The notes under the pieces are model-generated. The model saw nothing but the letters and a program-made list of their open reading frames with translations. It searched no databases and had not been told where the DNA came from. A stretch of 60,664 nucleotides of DNA, counting the filler. It is 4 parts of 4 records of this genome, joined end to end, with 100 filler letters (N's around TTAATTAATTAA, not from the genome) between each part and the next. Parts side by side here need not be neighbours in the genome. Positions count along the whole stretch, not along the records: positions 28,781 to 54,858 come from SRR20825019_1056; 3 more parts are not named here. The stretch is one strand, 5' to 3'. A program made the translations under genes and the position numbers. This document shows positions 43,019 through 51,926 of the stretch, in pieces (within the stretch, counting starts at the first letter, position 1; each line of letters begins with the position of its first letter).

Positions 43019-43977
43019 TCCTTTGCGGAAAGCGGGGTGAAATTGCGGCCGGCAATGCCGGCGTGAACCGTCGTGATGGCGAGGTCCATGGCGTTGTAAG
43101 AGACGGTGAATGCCTCGTCGCGCGGCAGGAACAGGACCTGGTCATTGCGGCAGGCGTGGAGGAAATCGCACCAACCGGGCACGGATTCTTCCATGGCAGC
43201 GCGGGCATCTGCGGGCGTGTCGCCGCGGTCGTTGCGGTAAGTGATGATGACGAAATCCGCGTCAAGTTCGGCCAGGCGCTCGGCGGAGATCGTCGACTCC
43301 ACCCTGAGCTCTTCCATGATCTCGATCGAGCTGAAGCCGGTTTCGGTGAGGACGTGACCCAGCGAGCCATAGGTGGGCATGTAGGACGCCACAACGACGC
43401 CGGCTTCGCCGCCGCTCAGGATCGAGACGGTTGTGTTTTCGGCATTGGGGACGGCCTGGCGCAGGCCTTCAATCTGCCATTCGAGCCGGCCCTGCAGCTT
43501 TTTGAACTGTGCGGTAGCGCCCACGGCGTCCGCGAGAATGCGGAAATGGTCGGTGCCGGAGCGGTTGTAGCGGTTCAGGCTGATGCTTGGAGCAATGAGA
43601 TTGTACTGGCGAAGCAGAGCTTCATCGGCCTCGGGGGTGATGATGAGATCGGGCGAAAGGGCAGCGATGGCCTCCATGTCGTCGTCAGCCACAAACGCGA
43701 TGTCGGAATTGTCAAAATCCACACCGAGAAGGGACATGCCGGAGCGCAGATAGATCGAGCCGTCGCTACGCACGCGGCCGCTGCTGGCAATTGGCATGAT
43801 ACCCAGCTCAAGCAGGGGTATCGTCAGCCCCACATCGTGCAATGCGACGATGCGTTTGGGTTGGACGGGTATTCGTGTCGTGCCGGTGTCGTGGGCAAAG
43901 TCTCGCATCTCCTGGGCGGCACCAGGTGCGAGGGACAACGCCGCGATGACTGCGGCGATGACAAGTCTTTTGATCAT
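43015..43977 (-). CDS. Iron-siderophore ABC substrate-binding protein (5th)
   Basis: Start MIKRLVIAA; PKRIVAL...ELG; DMEAIAALSPDLII. Confidence 0.88.
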   Translation of the reverse strand: MIKRLVIAAVIAALSLAPGAAQEMRDFAHDTGTTRIPVQPKRIVALHDVGLTIPLLELGIMPIASSGRVRSDGSIYLRSGMSLLGVDFDNSDIAFVADDDMEAIAALSPDLIITPEADEALLRQYNLIAPSISLNRYNRSGTDHFRILADAVGATAQFKKLQGRLEWQIEGLRQAVPNAENTTVSILSGGEAGVVVASYMPTYGSLGHVLTETGFSSIEIMEELRVESTISAERLAELDADFVIITYRNDRGDTPADARAAMEESVPGWCDFLHACRNDQVLFLPRDEAFTVSYNAMDLAITTVHAGIAGRNFTPLSAKE

Positions 43978-44042
43978 GAAATCAGGGCTCCGATTATGCC
44001 TGCACGTCAGGCGGGTGGTCAGGTGGGGCCTGAATGAGATTG

Positions 44043-44957
44043 TCAGGGTGTTGCGGGACCTTCGATGCTCACCTCGTCGAGGCACCAGCGCAGCGTGGTT
44101 TGCCCGCCGCCCTCGGCGACGACTCCGCAATTGCCCTGGACGAAAAAGTTCTGTGCGTGCAGCCGGATGGCCAGACGTTCGTTGAAGACATCGGCGACAA
44201 GCGTCAGTTCTGTGCCTTCATCGACATGTCCGGGGATCGACCCATTCAAGAAAATCTCGCGCACCTTGTGCCCGCGCTCAGCGGCCCAGCGCATGGCGGC
44301 CAGTTCGGCGATCTGGGCGGGCTCGGGCTGGCCGGAGCGGCCCTTATAGGCGGGCAGGTAGATCTCACCGCGCTCAAGCGCTGCGAGAAAAGCGGGAGCG
44401 AGGCCGGCGGTCATGCGGCCATATCGCTGGCGCTGTGGCATGACGACCAGCGAGGCAGCAAAGCGGCAGCCGCCGATATGGGTGGCCTGCACGATGTTGA
44501 AGCGTGTGGAATCGGCAATGGCGACCAGCGCCTTGTAGGTGGAAAAGCCGTTGCGGGCGCAGCAGGCGTCGCGGCGGCTGTCGGTGCAGCAAAGGATTGT
44601 TGGACGGGCATCGATCTTGCCCGCAAAGAGCTGGCCATCGACATAATTGCGGATAGCCGTGATCAGATCGGCTTCGTCGGGGAAGTCGGCATAGACGTTT
44701 TCGGGCAGGGCGTGGAGCGTGGGCAGGCTGTCTTGCGCCTCGACCTTGTCGACCAGGGCCACATGCAATCCTGCCTGAGAGGCGACGTGCAGCGTGGCTG
44801 TGAGTTCCGGTGACATGTCGACCGATTCCCAGCGCGGGGTGCGCCATTTGCCACGCGGCCAGGCCAGCATGAGGATGCGCTGCGGCGCATCCCCAAGGCC
44901 TTCAAGCGGCTCGCCGCGTTCGCGGCAGAGATCGGTGCAGAAGACGTGCTTGCCCAT
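44043..44957 (-). CDS. Sucrase/ferredoxin-like (Apd1/Aim32-type) [2Fe-2S] protein
   Basis: N-term FCTDLCRERGEPLEG; CCTDSRRDACCARNG; ATHIGGCRFA; YGRM; YKGRSG. Confidence 0.82.
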   Translation of the reverse strand: MGKHVFCTDLCRERGEPLEGLGDAPQRILMLAWPRGKWRTPRWESVDMSPELTATLHVASQAGLHVALVDKVEAQDSLPTLHALPENVYADFPDEADLITAIRNYVDGQLFAGKIDARPTILCCTDSRRDACCARNGFSTYKALVAIADSTRFNIVQATHIGGCRFAASLVVMPQRQRYGRMTAGLAPAFLAALERGEIYLPAYKGRSGQPEPAQIAELAAMRWAAERGHKVREIFLNGSIPGHVDEGTELTLVADVFNERLAIRLHAQNFFVQGNCGVVAEGGGQTTLRWCLDEVSIEGPATP

Positions 44958-44961
44958 GTCC

Positions 44962-45936
44962 CTATTCTTCAAACGGGGTGAAGGACCGGCCCGATACGTG
45001 GCTTTCGACCAGCTCGAGCGCGAGTTCGAGAGACTTCATGGTGCCCCCGAAGGTGATGCCAGGCAAAAGCACGAGCTGATTGTTTCGGCAGGCGCTCAAT
45101 GCCTGGCAGAACCCGGGGGCGAACTTTTCATAGGCTGCAAAAATGGCTTCGGGCGTGGCGGCCGCCTGATGCTTGTAGAACCCGAAGATGAAGTCGGCAT
45201 CGAGCTCTTCGATCCGTTCAGGGCTGAGAGAAACGCGGCTTTCCTCAATGTCGGACACCAGGTCGATCTGCTGGAAACCGATGTCGTCAAAGACGCGGGT
45301 AAACGCGCCCATGCCGGTGCGATAGGCCGAAAGGGTCTCGCCGGCCGGGAAGATGAATGTCGTTGCTGCGGAAATCTCCCCCGGATTGCCGATATATTGG
45401 CGGGTGCGTTCGACATTTGCCAGATAGCGGTCAAATCGAACGGCAAAGCTTTCCGACTGACCCGAGAGCTCGGCAAGGGCGCGCAGGGTGCCTTCAAAGC
45501 CCAGCTTGTCCTCATCGATGACGATTGCAGGCGCAACGGCCTGAAGCTGCTCGATAATGGCAGGATCGGTATAGGGGAGGCCGATGATCAGGTCGGGTTC
45601 CAGCGCGGCGACCGCTTCAAGATCAATGGCGTCGCCGGTGCCAACAAAGGCAATGTCGGTGTTGTCGAAGTCGATGCCGAACGTGTCCATGCCGCCGCGC
45701 ATGTAGATATTGCCTTCGCCGTCGACGCGGCCGGTGGAGCCGACGACCACTGCGCCCAGTTCCCAGAGGGGCAGGGTCAGGATCTGGTCGTTGAGAGCGA
45801 CAATGCGCTGCGGTTCGACTGGAACGTCGAAGGTGCCGTTTTCACCTGTGTAGCTGTGCATGTCCTGAGCCAGCACGGGTGCGGCGACAAAGTTGGCGAC
45901 CAAGGCCAGGGCGGCCAGGATGGATGGCAATCGCAT
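44962..45936 (-). CDS. Iron-siderophore ABC substrate-binding protein (4th)
   Basis: Start MRLPSILAAL; PQRIVAL; DLEAVAALEPDLII. Confidence 0.88.
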   Translation of the reverse strand: MRLPSILAALALVANFVAAPVLAQDMHSYTGENGTFDVPVEPQRIVALNDQILTLPLWELGAVVVGSTGRVDGEGNIYMRGGMDTFGIDFDNTDIAFVGTGDAIDLEAVAALEPDLIIGLPYTDPAIIEQLQAVAPAIVIDEDKLGFEGTLRALAELSGQSESFAVRFDRYLANVERTRQYIGNPGEISAATTFIFPAGETLSAYRTGMGAFTRVFDDIGFQQIDLVSDIEESRVSLSPERIEELDADFIFGFYKHQAAATPEAIFAAYEKFAPGFCQALSACRNNQLVLLPGITFGGTMKSLELALELVESHVSGRSFTPFEE

Positions 45937-45961
45937 TGATGAAATCCCTTTGTTGTATCGG

Positions 45962-46957
45962 TCAGGAATGGGGGGAGAGCGGCACGAAATCACGTGTGCC
46001 GATCTGCGAAATGATGATGTCGAGTACCGAGCGCAGGGCCTGGAAGCTCACCGCGCGCATTTCCTCGCGATTGATCATGAAGACCTGGTTGTGGCGGCCG
46101 GCATGGAGGGTGTCGCGCCAGCCGGGCAGCGCTGCGTCCCATGCTTCCAGCTTCTGCGTGGGGCTCTGGTTGCGGGCGGTCCAATAGGTGTCGATCATGA
46201 AGTCGGCGTCGATCTGGGGCAGCAGTTCGAGGCTGAGATCGGCATTGGCGTCTTCCATCTCGGAGATGACGGCAGGCATGGAAAAGCCCAGGTCGCGCAG
46301 GACCTGGCCGAGCGTGCCGTAGTCGCGATAGACCGAAATGCGATCCTCGAATGCGGAGGCGACCGCCACTGATATCGCCGAGGTGTCGCCGACGGTTTCC
46401 GCCAGCGTTTGACGCGCGCGGTCCAGGCGCTCTTGATATCGGGCGCTGAGCCGCGCAAAGGCGTCTTCCCGGTCGGCTAGGTCTGCAACCTTGGCATACA
46501 TGTCGAGCATGTCCTGGCCCCACACCTGCAGCACCACGGTCGGGGCAATCAGGGACAGGCGGTCATAATCGTCCGAGGCGAAATCGGGAATGATGATCAG
46601 GTCCGGCTCGACCGCCGAGATGGCCTCATAGTCGTGGTCGTTGGGGCTGCCGACCCAGATGACGCCGGAATCCTCGAAGCGGAAGTCGAGCGCGTCATAG
46701 GCACCCCGGACATAAGGGCGTCCCTCATTGACGGCCTCATTCACCAGGCCGGACGAACCGACCATATTGGCTCCCAACTCATTGAGCGGGGCGGTGAACT
46801 GCTCGCCGCGCAGCGACACGATGCGCTGGGGCGAAACGGGAATGGTGACCTCGTGGCCCTGGTCGTCAACGAACAGGCGCGTTTCCTGCCCGTAGGCGGC
46901 AGTGGCGAAGGCCAGCATGCCAGCCATCGCCAGGGCACCAAGTTTGATAAGGTTCAT
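45962..46957 (-). CDS. Iron-siderophore ABC substrate-binding protein (3rd)
   Basis: Start MNLIKLG after RBS GGAGA; PQRIVSL; DYEAISAVEPDLII; IAPTVV. Confidence 0.88.
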   Translation of the reverse strand: MNLIKLGALAMAGMLAFATAAYGQETRLFVDDQGHEVTIPVSPQRIVSLRGEQFTAPLNELGANMVGSSGLVNEAVNEGRPYVRGAYDALDFRFEDSGVIWVGSPNDHDYEAISAVEPDLIIIPDFASDDYDRLSLIAPTVVLQVWGQDMLDMYAKVADLADREDAFARLSARYQERLDRARQTLAETVGDTSAISVAVASAFEDRISVYRDYGTLGQVLRDLGFSMPAVISEMEDANADLSLELLPQIDADFMIDTYWTARNQSPTQKLEAWDAALPGWRDTLHAGRHNQVFMINREEMRAVSFQALRSVLDIIISQIGTRDFVPLSPHS

Positions 46958-46994
46958 AGTGTCTCTCCAGGTTGGGGGCCTGAATGGATGATTG

Positions 46995-47981
46995 CTATTG
47001 GCGAGCGTCTGGCACGAGGGTTGCCGGATCGCCGTCGGCAGCGGCCTCGAGCACCGGGACCATGCTGTCCAGGGCAACGGGAATTGAGAGCAGGGATACG
47101 CGCGCCATGGCCGCCACAGGCACGTCGCCGAGAAACACCTCGCCACCGTTCTTGCTGGCCCTGAGGAATTGGCGACCGGGCTCCGCGACGACCTTTTCCA
47201 CCAGATCGTCGGTGACGTAGTAGACGATGACGTCGGCATCGATGACTTCGAGCTGTTCGGGAGACAGTTCCAGCCAGAATTCGTTCGGATCGGCCAGTTC
47301 GGCCATGGCCGGGGTCTGGGCGAAGCCCATTTCGTAGAGGAATTTCGCCCGGACGTCGTACATGGAATAGGCCCAGGGTGCGCCATCGGTGATGCCACCA
47401 AGGACGGCGGTCTTGTCTGCCCATTCAGGATGCGCGGCCGCGATCTCCGCCAGTTGATCGCCAATTGCGGCAATGCGGCGCTCTGCTTCGGCCCCTTCGC
47501 CCACGGCCTGACCGACCAGCCGGGCGCGATCTTCCCAGGACAAGCCATAATCGCTCGATCCCTCCGGGACGGCGACAACCGGAGCAATCAGGCTGAGCTT
47601 GTCGTAAGCGTCCTGGTCGATGCCGGAATAGAGCGCGATAATGACGTCGGGATTGGTTGCCGCGATGGCTTCGTAGTCGAGATCGGCTTCGATCATGACG
47701 GGCTCGGTGGTCAGCAGATCCTCGGCCCAGGGGCCGGCGGTGTGAGCAAAACCATCCATGGGGCGCCATTGGCGAACGGTGACCGGCGAAACGCCCACAG
47801 CAAGCAGATTGTCGATGCCGCCATAGTCGATGCTGGCGACGGCTTCAGGCTTGTCCGGAATGACTGTGGTGCCGAACTTATGCTCGATGGTGAGCGGAAA
47901 TTCCTGCGCCAGGGCCGGTACGGCAAGCGCGAGTGTTGTTGCGCTGGCAAAGAGCAGGGCGCGAACAGGCGTGGGCTTCAT
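46995..47981 (-). CDS. Iron-siderophore ABC substrate-binding protein (2nd; FepB/DesE-like)
   Basis: FPLTIEHKFGTTVIP; DYEAIAATNPDVII; YDKLSLIAPVV. Confidence 0.88.
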   Translation of the reverse strand: MKPTPVRALLFASATTLALAVPALAQEFPLTIEHKFGTTVIPDKPEAVASIDYGGIDNLLAVGVSPVTVRQWRPMDGFAHTAGPWAEDLLTTEPVMIEADLDYEAIAATNPDVIIALYSGIDQDAYDKLSLIAPVVAVPEGSSDYGLSWEDRARLVGQAVGEGAEAERRIAAIGDQLAEIAAAHPEWADKTAVLGGITDGAPWAYSMYDVRAKFLYEMGFAQTPAMAELADPNEFWLELSPEQLEVIDADVIVYYVTDDLVEKVVAEPGRQFLRASKNGGEVFLGDVPVAAMARVSLLSIPVALDSMVPVLEAAADGDPATLVPDARQ

Positions 47982-47992
47982 GTGACGCTCCA

Positions 47993-49060
47993 TCAATAGG
48001 ATTGTGAATGACGGCTGCGAATGAGCAGCAGGACAAAGACGGGGACACCGATCAGTGAGGTGAGAATACCGGCGGGGATCTGGATGGGCGCAAAGGCGGC
48101 ACGGCCAATGAGATCGGCAAGGCCAACCAGGACGGCACCCAGCAGGGCTGTCAGGACCAGATGCAAGCCCATGCCGACAGGCGCCAGCCGCTTGGCGGCG
48201 TGGGGCGCGATGAGGCCGACAAAGCCGAGCGGGCCAACGACCGAGGTCGCGATGGCGGCAAAGCCAACGGCAATGACCAATTGCAGATTGCGCACCATGG
48301 TGACCGGCGCACCGAGGCCCGTGGCTGCCGCTTCGCCGAACCTGAGGGCACTCATGGCGCGGCTGAGCAGCAAAAGCGCGGGGAACAATACCGCAGTCCA
48401 TCCCAGAAGGGTCCAGACATCGCCCCAGCTTGCCGCATTGATCGACCCGGCCAGCCAGGCGAGTGCTGCCATGGCGCGGTCGATTTCGCCATAGGTGAGC
48501 AGGATCGAGGTGATCGAGGAAATAAAGGCCGACAGCCCGATGCCCATCAGGATGAAACGGATCGTGCTGCCGCCCTGGCGGGTGTGGGAGAGCGCACGGA
48601 TGGCAACGGCGACCAGCACCGAGCCGAAAAAGGCGATCCAGGGCCGAAGGCCGGAATTGAGCTCGGGGAATGCAACGGTGAGGGTCACGACGGCCAGCGC
48701 GGCGCCCTGGCTGATGCCCACCAAGGAGGGGTCGGCCAGGCTGTTGCGGGTGGCGTTCTGCAGCACGCCGCCGGAGAGGGCCATCATGGCGCCGACCAGG
48801 GCGGCGCAGATGGTCCGGGGGAAGCGGAACTCCCAGACGACATTGTCGATGGCGCGGCTGATGGTGACGCCGCGCAGGGTCTCCCAGACTTCGCCCAGAG
48901 CGACGCCATAGCTGCCCGTGGCGAGGCTGATGGCCGAGACGATGAACAGGGCGAGCAAAAGGAGGGCCGCCATGATCATGCCGCGCAGGGGCAGGCGCAG
49001 GGCGATGAATTCGCGCGGGGTGCGCAGGATGAGCTGCCGCGGCGTAAGGGCGAGGGCCAT
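47993..49060 (-). CDS. FecCD-family iron-chelate ABC permease
   Basis: RFPRT, RNSLADPSLVGI, GPLGFVGLIAPH. Confidence 0.92.
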   Translation of the reverse strand: MALALTPRQLILRTPREFIALRLPLRGMIMAALLLLALFIVSAISLATGSYGVALGEVWETLRGVTISRAIDNVVWEFRFPRTICAALVGAMMALSGGVLQNATRNSLADPSLVGISQGAALAVVTLTVAFPELNSGLRPWIAFFGSVLVAVAIRALSHTRQGGSTIRFILMGIGLSAFISSITSILLTYGEIDRAMAALAWLAGSINAASWGDVWTLLGWTAVLFPALLLLSRAMSALRFGEAAATGLGAPVTMVRNLQLVIAVGFAAIATSVVGPLGFVGLIAPHAAKRLAPVGMGLHLVLTALLGAVLVGLADLIGRAAFAPIQIPAGILTSLIGVPVFVLLLIRSRHSQSY

Positions 49061-50094
49061 CAGCGGGTCCTCCGGCGCACCAGATGCACGAAGAGCGGCG
49101 CGCCGATCAGCGCGGTGATAATGCCGGTGGAAATCTCGCGCGGCGGGATGGCGACGCGTGCCACGATATCGACCGAAACGAGATAGGCCGCGCCGGTCAG
49201 GGCCGAGTAGGGCACGATCCAGCGATAGTCCGAGCCGACATAGAGCCGCACCACATGGGGAATGACGAGGCCGATAAAGCCCAATGGTCCCGCCAGGGCG
49301 ACAGAACCGGCGGTCAGGACAACAACAACGGCCAGCAATTGTGCCTTGAGCATGCCGGTCTTGACGCCCAACCCCTGGGCCACCTCGTCGCCCATGGCGA
49401 GCACTGTCACGCGCGGGGCGAGCAGAATGCCGCCGACCAGCGCGATCAGCATCCAGGGGCCCACATACCAGAGCAGGGTGATATCGCGGCCGGCCAATGT
49501 TCCGGTGAGCCAGACACGGAGATTTTCGAATGTGTCCTGGTTGAGCAGGTGAATGACCGAGATGATGGTGCCGAGAAACGCGCTGACCGCAGCGCCGGCC
49601 AGGGTCATGCTGAGCGGGGTGGCGCCACCGGGCACCATGCGGGAAATGAAGAAGACAATGACAGCAGCGCCGAGCGCGCCGCTCATGGCGATCCAGGGCG
49701 TCAACGCCATACTGGTGAAGCCAAAGACGGAGTGGGCGACCACCACGGCAAAGGCTGCGCCTGTGGTCAGGCCCAGAAGACCCGGATCGGCGAGGGGATT
49801 GCGGGTCACGCCCTGCATCAGTGCCCCGGCCAGCGACAGGCTGGCGCCAACGACAAGGGCCAGCGCGGCGCGCGGCAGGCGCAGGTTTTGCACAATGACA
49901 TGGTCGAAATTGGTGGAGTCGAAGCTGATCAGCGCCTCGAAGACCGTGCTGATCGGCAATTGCTTGGCGCCGACGGCGACATGGAACAGGAAAGCTGCGA
50001 TAAGCGCGATCAGCAGGATGGGCACGCCACTCCAGGCGCGCACCGGATGCTGAGCCGCTGTCATGGCCGTTGCGGTGGCGCTGGCCCGGCTCAC
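49060..50094 (-). CDS. FecCD-family iron-chelate ABC permease
   Basis: LRLPR, RNPLADPGLLG, GPLGFIGLVIPH; GTG start overlapping the ATPase stop. Confidence 0.92.
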   Translation of the reverse strand: MSRASATATAMTAAQHPVRAWSGVPILLIALIAAFLFHVAVGAKQLPISTVFEALISFDSTNFDHVIVQNLRLPRAALALVVGASLSLAGALMQGVTRNPLADPGLLGLTTGAAFAVVVAHSVFGFTSMALTPWIAMSGALGAAVIVFFISRMVPGGATPLSMTLAGAAVSAFLGTIISVIHLLNQDTFENLRVWLTGTLAGRDITLLWYVGPWMLIALVGGILLAPRVTVLAMGDEVAQGLGVKTGMLKAQLLAVVVVLTAGSVALAGPLGFIGLVIPHVVRLYVGSDYRWIVPYSALTGAAYLVSVDIVARVAIPPREISTGIITALIGAPLFVHLVRRRTR

Positions 50095-50897
50095 TGGGCC
50101 GCCTCGGTCATCCGGCGACGGGCGGTGAAGGGCACGCAAACCAGACGGCCACTGGCGGGGTCGCGCAGCACACTGGCATCGAGGTCGAAGACCTGGTTAA
50201 GCCGCTCGGCGGTGAAGATATCGTCCGGATCGCCGGACGCGACGATCTGCCCGTCTTTCATCATCACCAGGTGATCGGCATAGGCGGCAGCGAGGCTCAA
50301 TTCGTGCAGGACAATGACCAGGGTGCGGCCGCGTTCATGCGCCAGGCCTGTCAGCAGGTTCATCAGATCGACCTGGACCTTGAGGTCGAGGAAGGTCGTG
50401 GGCTCGTCGAGCAGGATGAGTTCGGTTTCCTGGGCCAGCACCATGGCGACCCAGCACCGCTGGCGCTGCCCGCCAGAAAGCGTATCGACCGAGCGATCGG
50501 CGAAATCGGTAATGCCGGCGGTCTCCATGGCGCCGTTGACCGCATCTTCGTCGGCCTGGGTCCACTGGCGCAGCAGCGATTGATGCGGGAAGCGACCCTG
50601 CGCCACCAGTTCGCGGACCGTCAGGCCCTCGGGCGCGATGGGCCCTTGGGGCAGCAGGCCAAGCCGGGCGGCGACGGATTTGGTGTTGAGCGTGTGGATA
50701 TCCTTGCCATCGAGCAGCACGTGGCCGCGCGAAGGGGGGAGGATGCGGGCCATGGTCTTGAGCAGGGTGGATTTGCCGCAACCATTGGGCCCGATCAGAA
50801 TGGTGACCTGACCATCAGGGATGGCCAGATCAACCGATTTGAGAATGGTGGTCTCGGCATAGCCGGCATGGATCTGAAGTGCTTCAAGCCGGCTCAT
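50091..50897 (-). CDS. FhuC/FecE-like ABC ATP-binding protein
   Basis: GPNGCGKST, LSGGQRQR, LLDEPTTFLD. Confidence 0.93.
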   Translation of the reverse strand: MSRLEALQIHAGYAETTILKSVDLAIPDGQVTILIGPNGCGKSTLLKTMARILPPSRGHVLLDGKDIHTLNTKSVAARLGLLPQGPIAPEGLTVRELVAQGRFPHQSLLRQWTQADEDAVNGAMETAGITDFADRSVDTLSGGQRQRCWVAMVLAQETELILLDEPTTFLDLKVQVDLMNLLTGLAHERGRTLVIVLHELSLAAAYADHLVMMKDGQIVASGDPDDIFTAERLNQVFDLDASVLRDPASGRLVCVPFTARRRMTEAAQ

Positions 50898-50915
50898 GCG
50901 ACCCTCCGTCAGGCT

Positions 50916-51830
50916 TTAGCGGGTGCTTTCGAGCCCATAGACATCTTCGATGTCGTCGAGCAGCAGATTGCCTGCGATATAGCCGCCGGCGGTGTTCCAG
51001 ACCGCGTCGGAGACCTCATGCACCTTGCCGGCCTGCACCACGGCCAGGTTCTGCCAGAGCGGGTCGTTGAGCCAATCCTGGGCCTGGGTGTCGCCTTCAC
51101 CATTGCCGGTCTCATAGGTGAAGTAGAACAGGCGATCGCCCTCGAATTCGGGGATGCGTTCCTTGGTGATCTGCTCGGCAAATTCGGGCTTGTCCTGAGT
51201 CGCGGGGCGGGCAAAGCCGATCTGTTCCAGGGTCAGCCCGGAGAAACTGTCCTTGAAATAGATGCGGGTCTGACCACCCATGAAGCGGGCAATGGAAATT
51301 TCTTCATCAAGACTGTCGCCCAGCGCGGCGGAAATGGCGGAGATGCGCGCATCATAGGCCTCGAGTGCGGCCTGGCCTTCTGCGCCCTTGCCGATGGCGT
51401 CGGTGTAAAGCGCCATATTGATCTTCCAGTCGCCGCGCAGGCGCTCTGAAACAACTGTCGGCGCAATGGCCGAAAGCTGTTCGTAGATGGCTTCGTGGCG
51501 CGCCTTGTTGGCCAGGATCAGGTCTGGCTCGAGCGCAACGAGGAGTTCCAGATTGACGGCGGATTCCTCCCCGACATTGGTGACGTCGGTCATCTGTTCG
51601 GCAATGTGGTCGTACCAGGGATCGCCCAGCCAGGATTTGGCCGCGCCGACCGGGGTGACGCCAACGGCCAGCAGGGCCTCGGTGCCTTCATTGGTCAAAA
51701 CGACAATGCGCTGCGGATCGTCGGGTACATCGGTCACGCCCATGGCGTGGGTGATGTCACGGGCGTGTGCCGGCATGGACATGGTGCCGGCAACGATGAT
51801 CGCGGCAATGAGCAGGTGAGGACGCTGCAT
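50916..51830 (-). CDS. Iron-siderophore ABC substrate-binding protein (1st; YfiY-like)
   Basis: ITHAMGVTDVP...RIVVLTNEGTEALLAVGVTPVGAAKSWLGDPWYDH, recalled as close to Bacillus YfiY. Confidence 0.85.
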   Translation of the reverse strand: MQRPHLLIAAIIVAGTMSMPAHARDITHAMGVTDVPDDPQRIVVLTNEGTEALLAVGVTPVGAAKSWLGDPWYDHIAEQMTDVTNVGEESAVNLELLVALEPDLILANKARHEAIYEQLSAIAPTVVSERLRGDWKINMALYTDAIGKGAEGQAALEAYDARISAISAALGDSLDEEISIARFMGGQTRIYFKDSFSGLTLEQIGFARPATQDKPEFAEQITKERIPEFEGDRLFYFTYETGNGEGDTQAQDWLNDPLWQNLAVVQAGKVHEVSDAVWNTAGGYIAGNLLLDDIEDVYGLESTR

Positions 51831-51896
51831 CTTTCTCTTTCCTAACTTGACAAGAAAGCTCTTAAATTGGATGGCTTCATCCATCAGAATTTAATC

Positions 51897-51911
51897 TGAC
51901 TGTCAATATCA
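51897..51911. promoter_or_regulatory. RirA-type iron-responsive operator (IRO)
   Basis: TGA-CTGTCAATA-TCA (TGA-N9-TCA) in the divergent promoter; imperfect copy TGA-CAAGAAAGC-TCT at 51848-51862. Confidence 0.6.
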
Positions 51912-51926
51912 AGATAAGAGGTTGCC

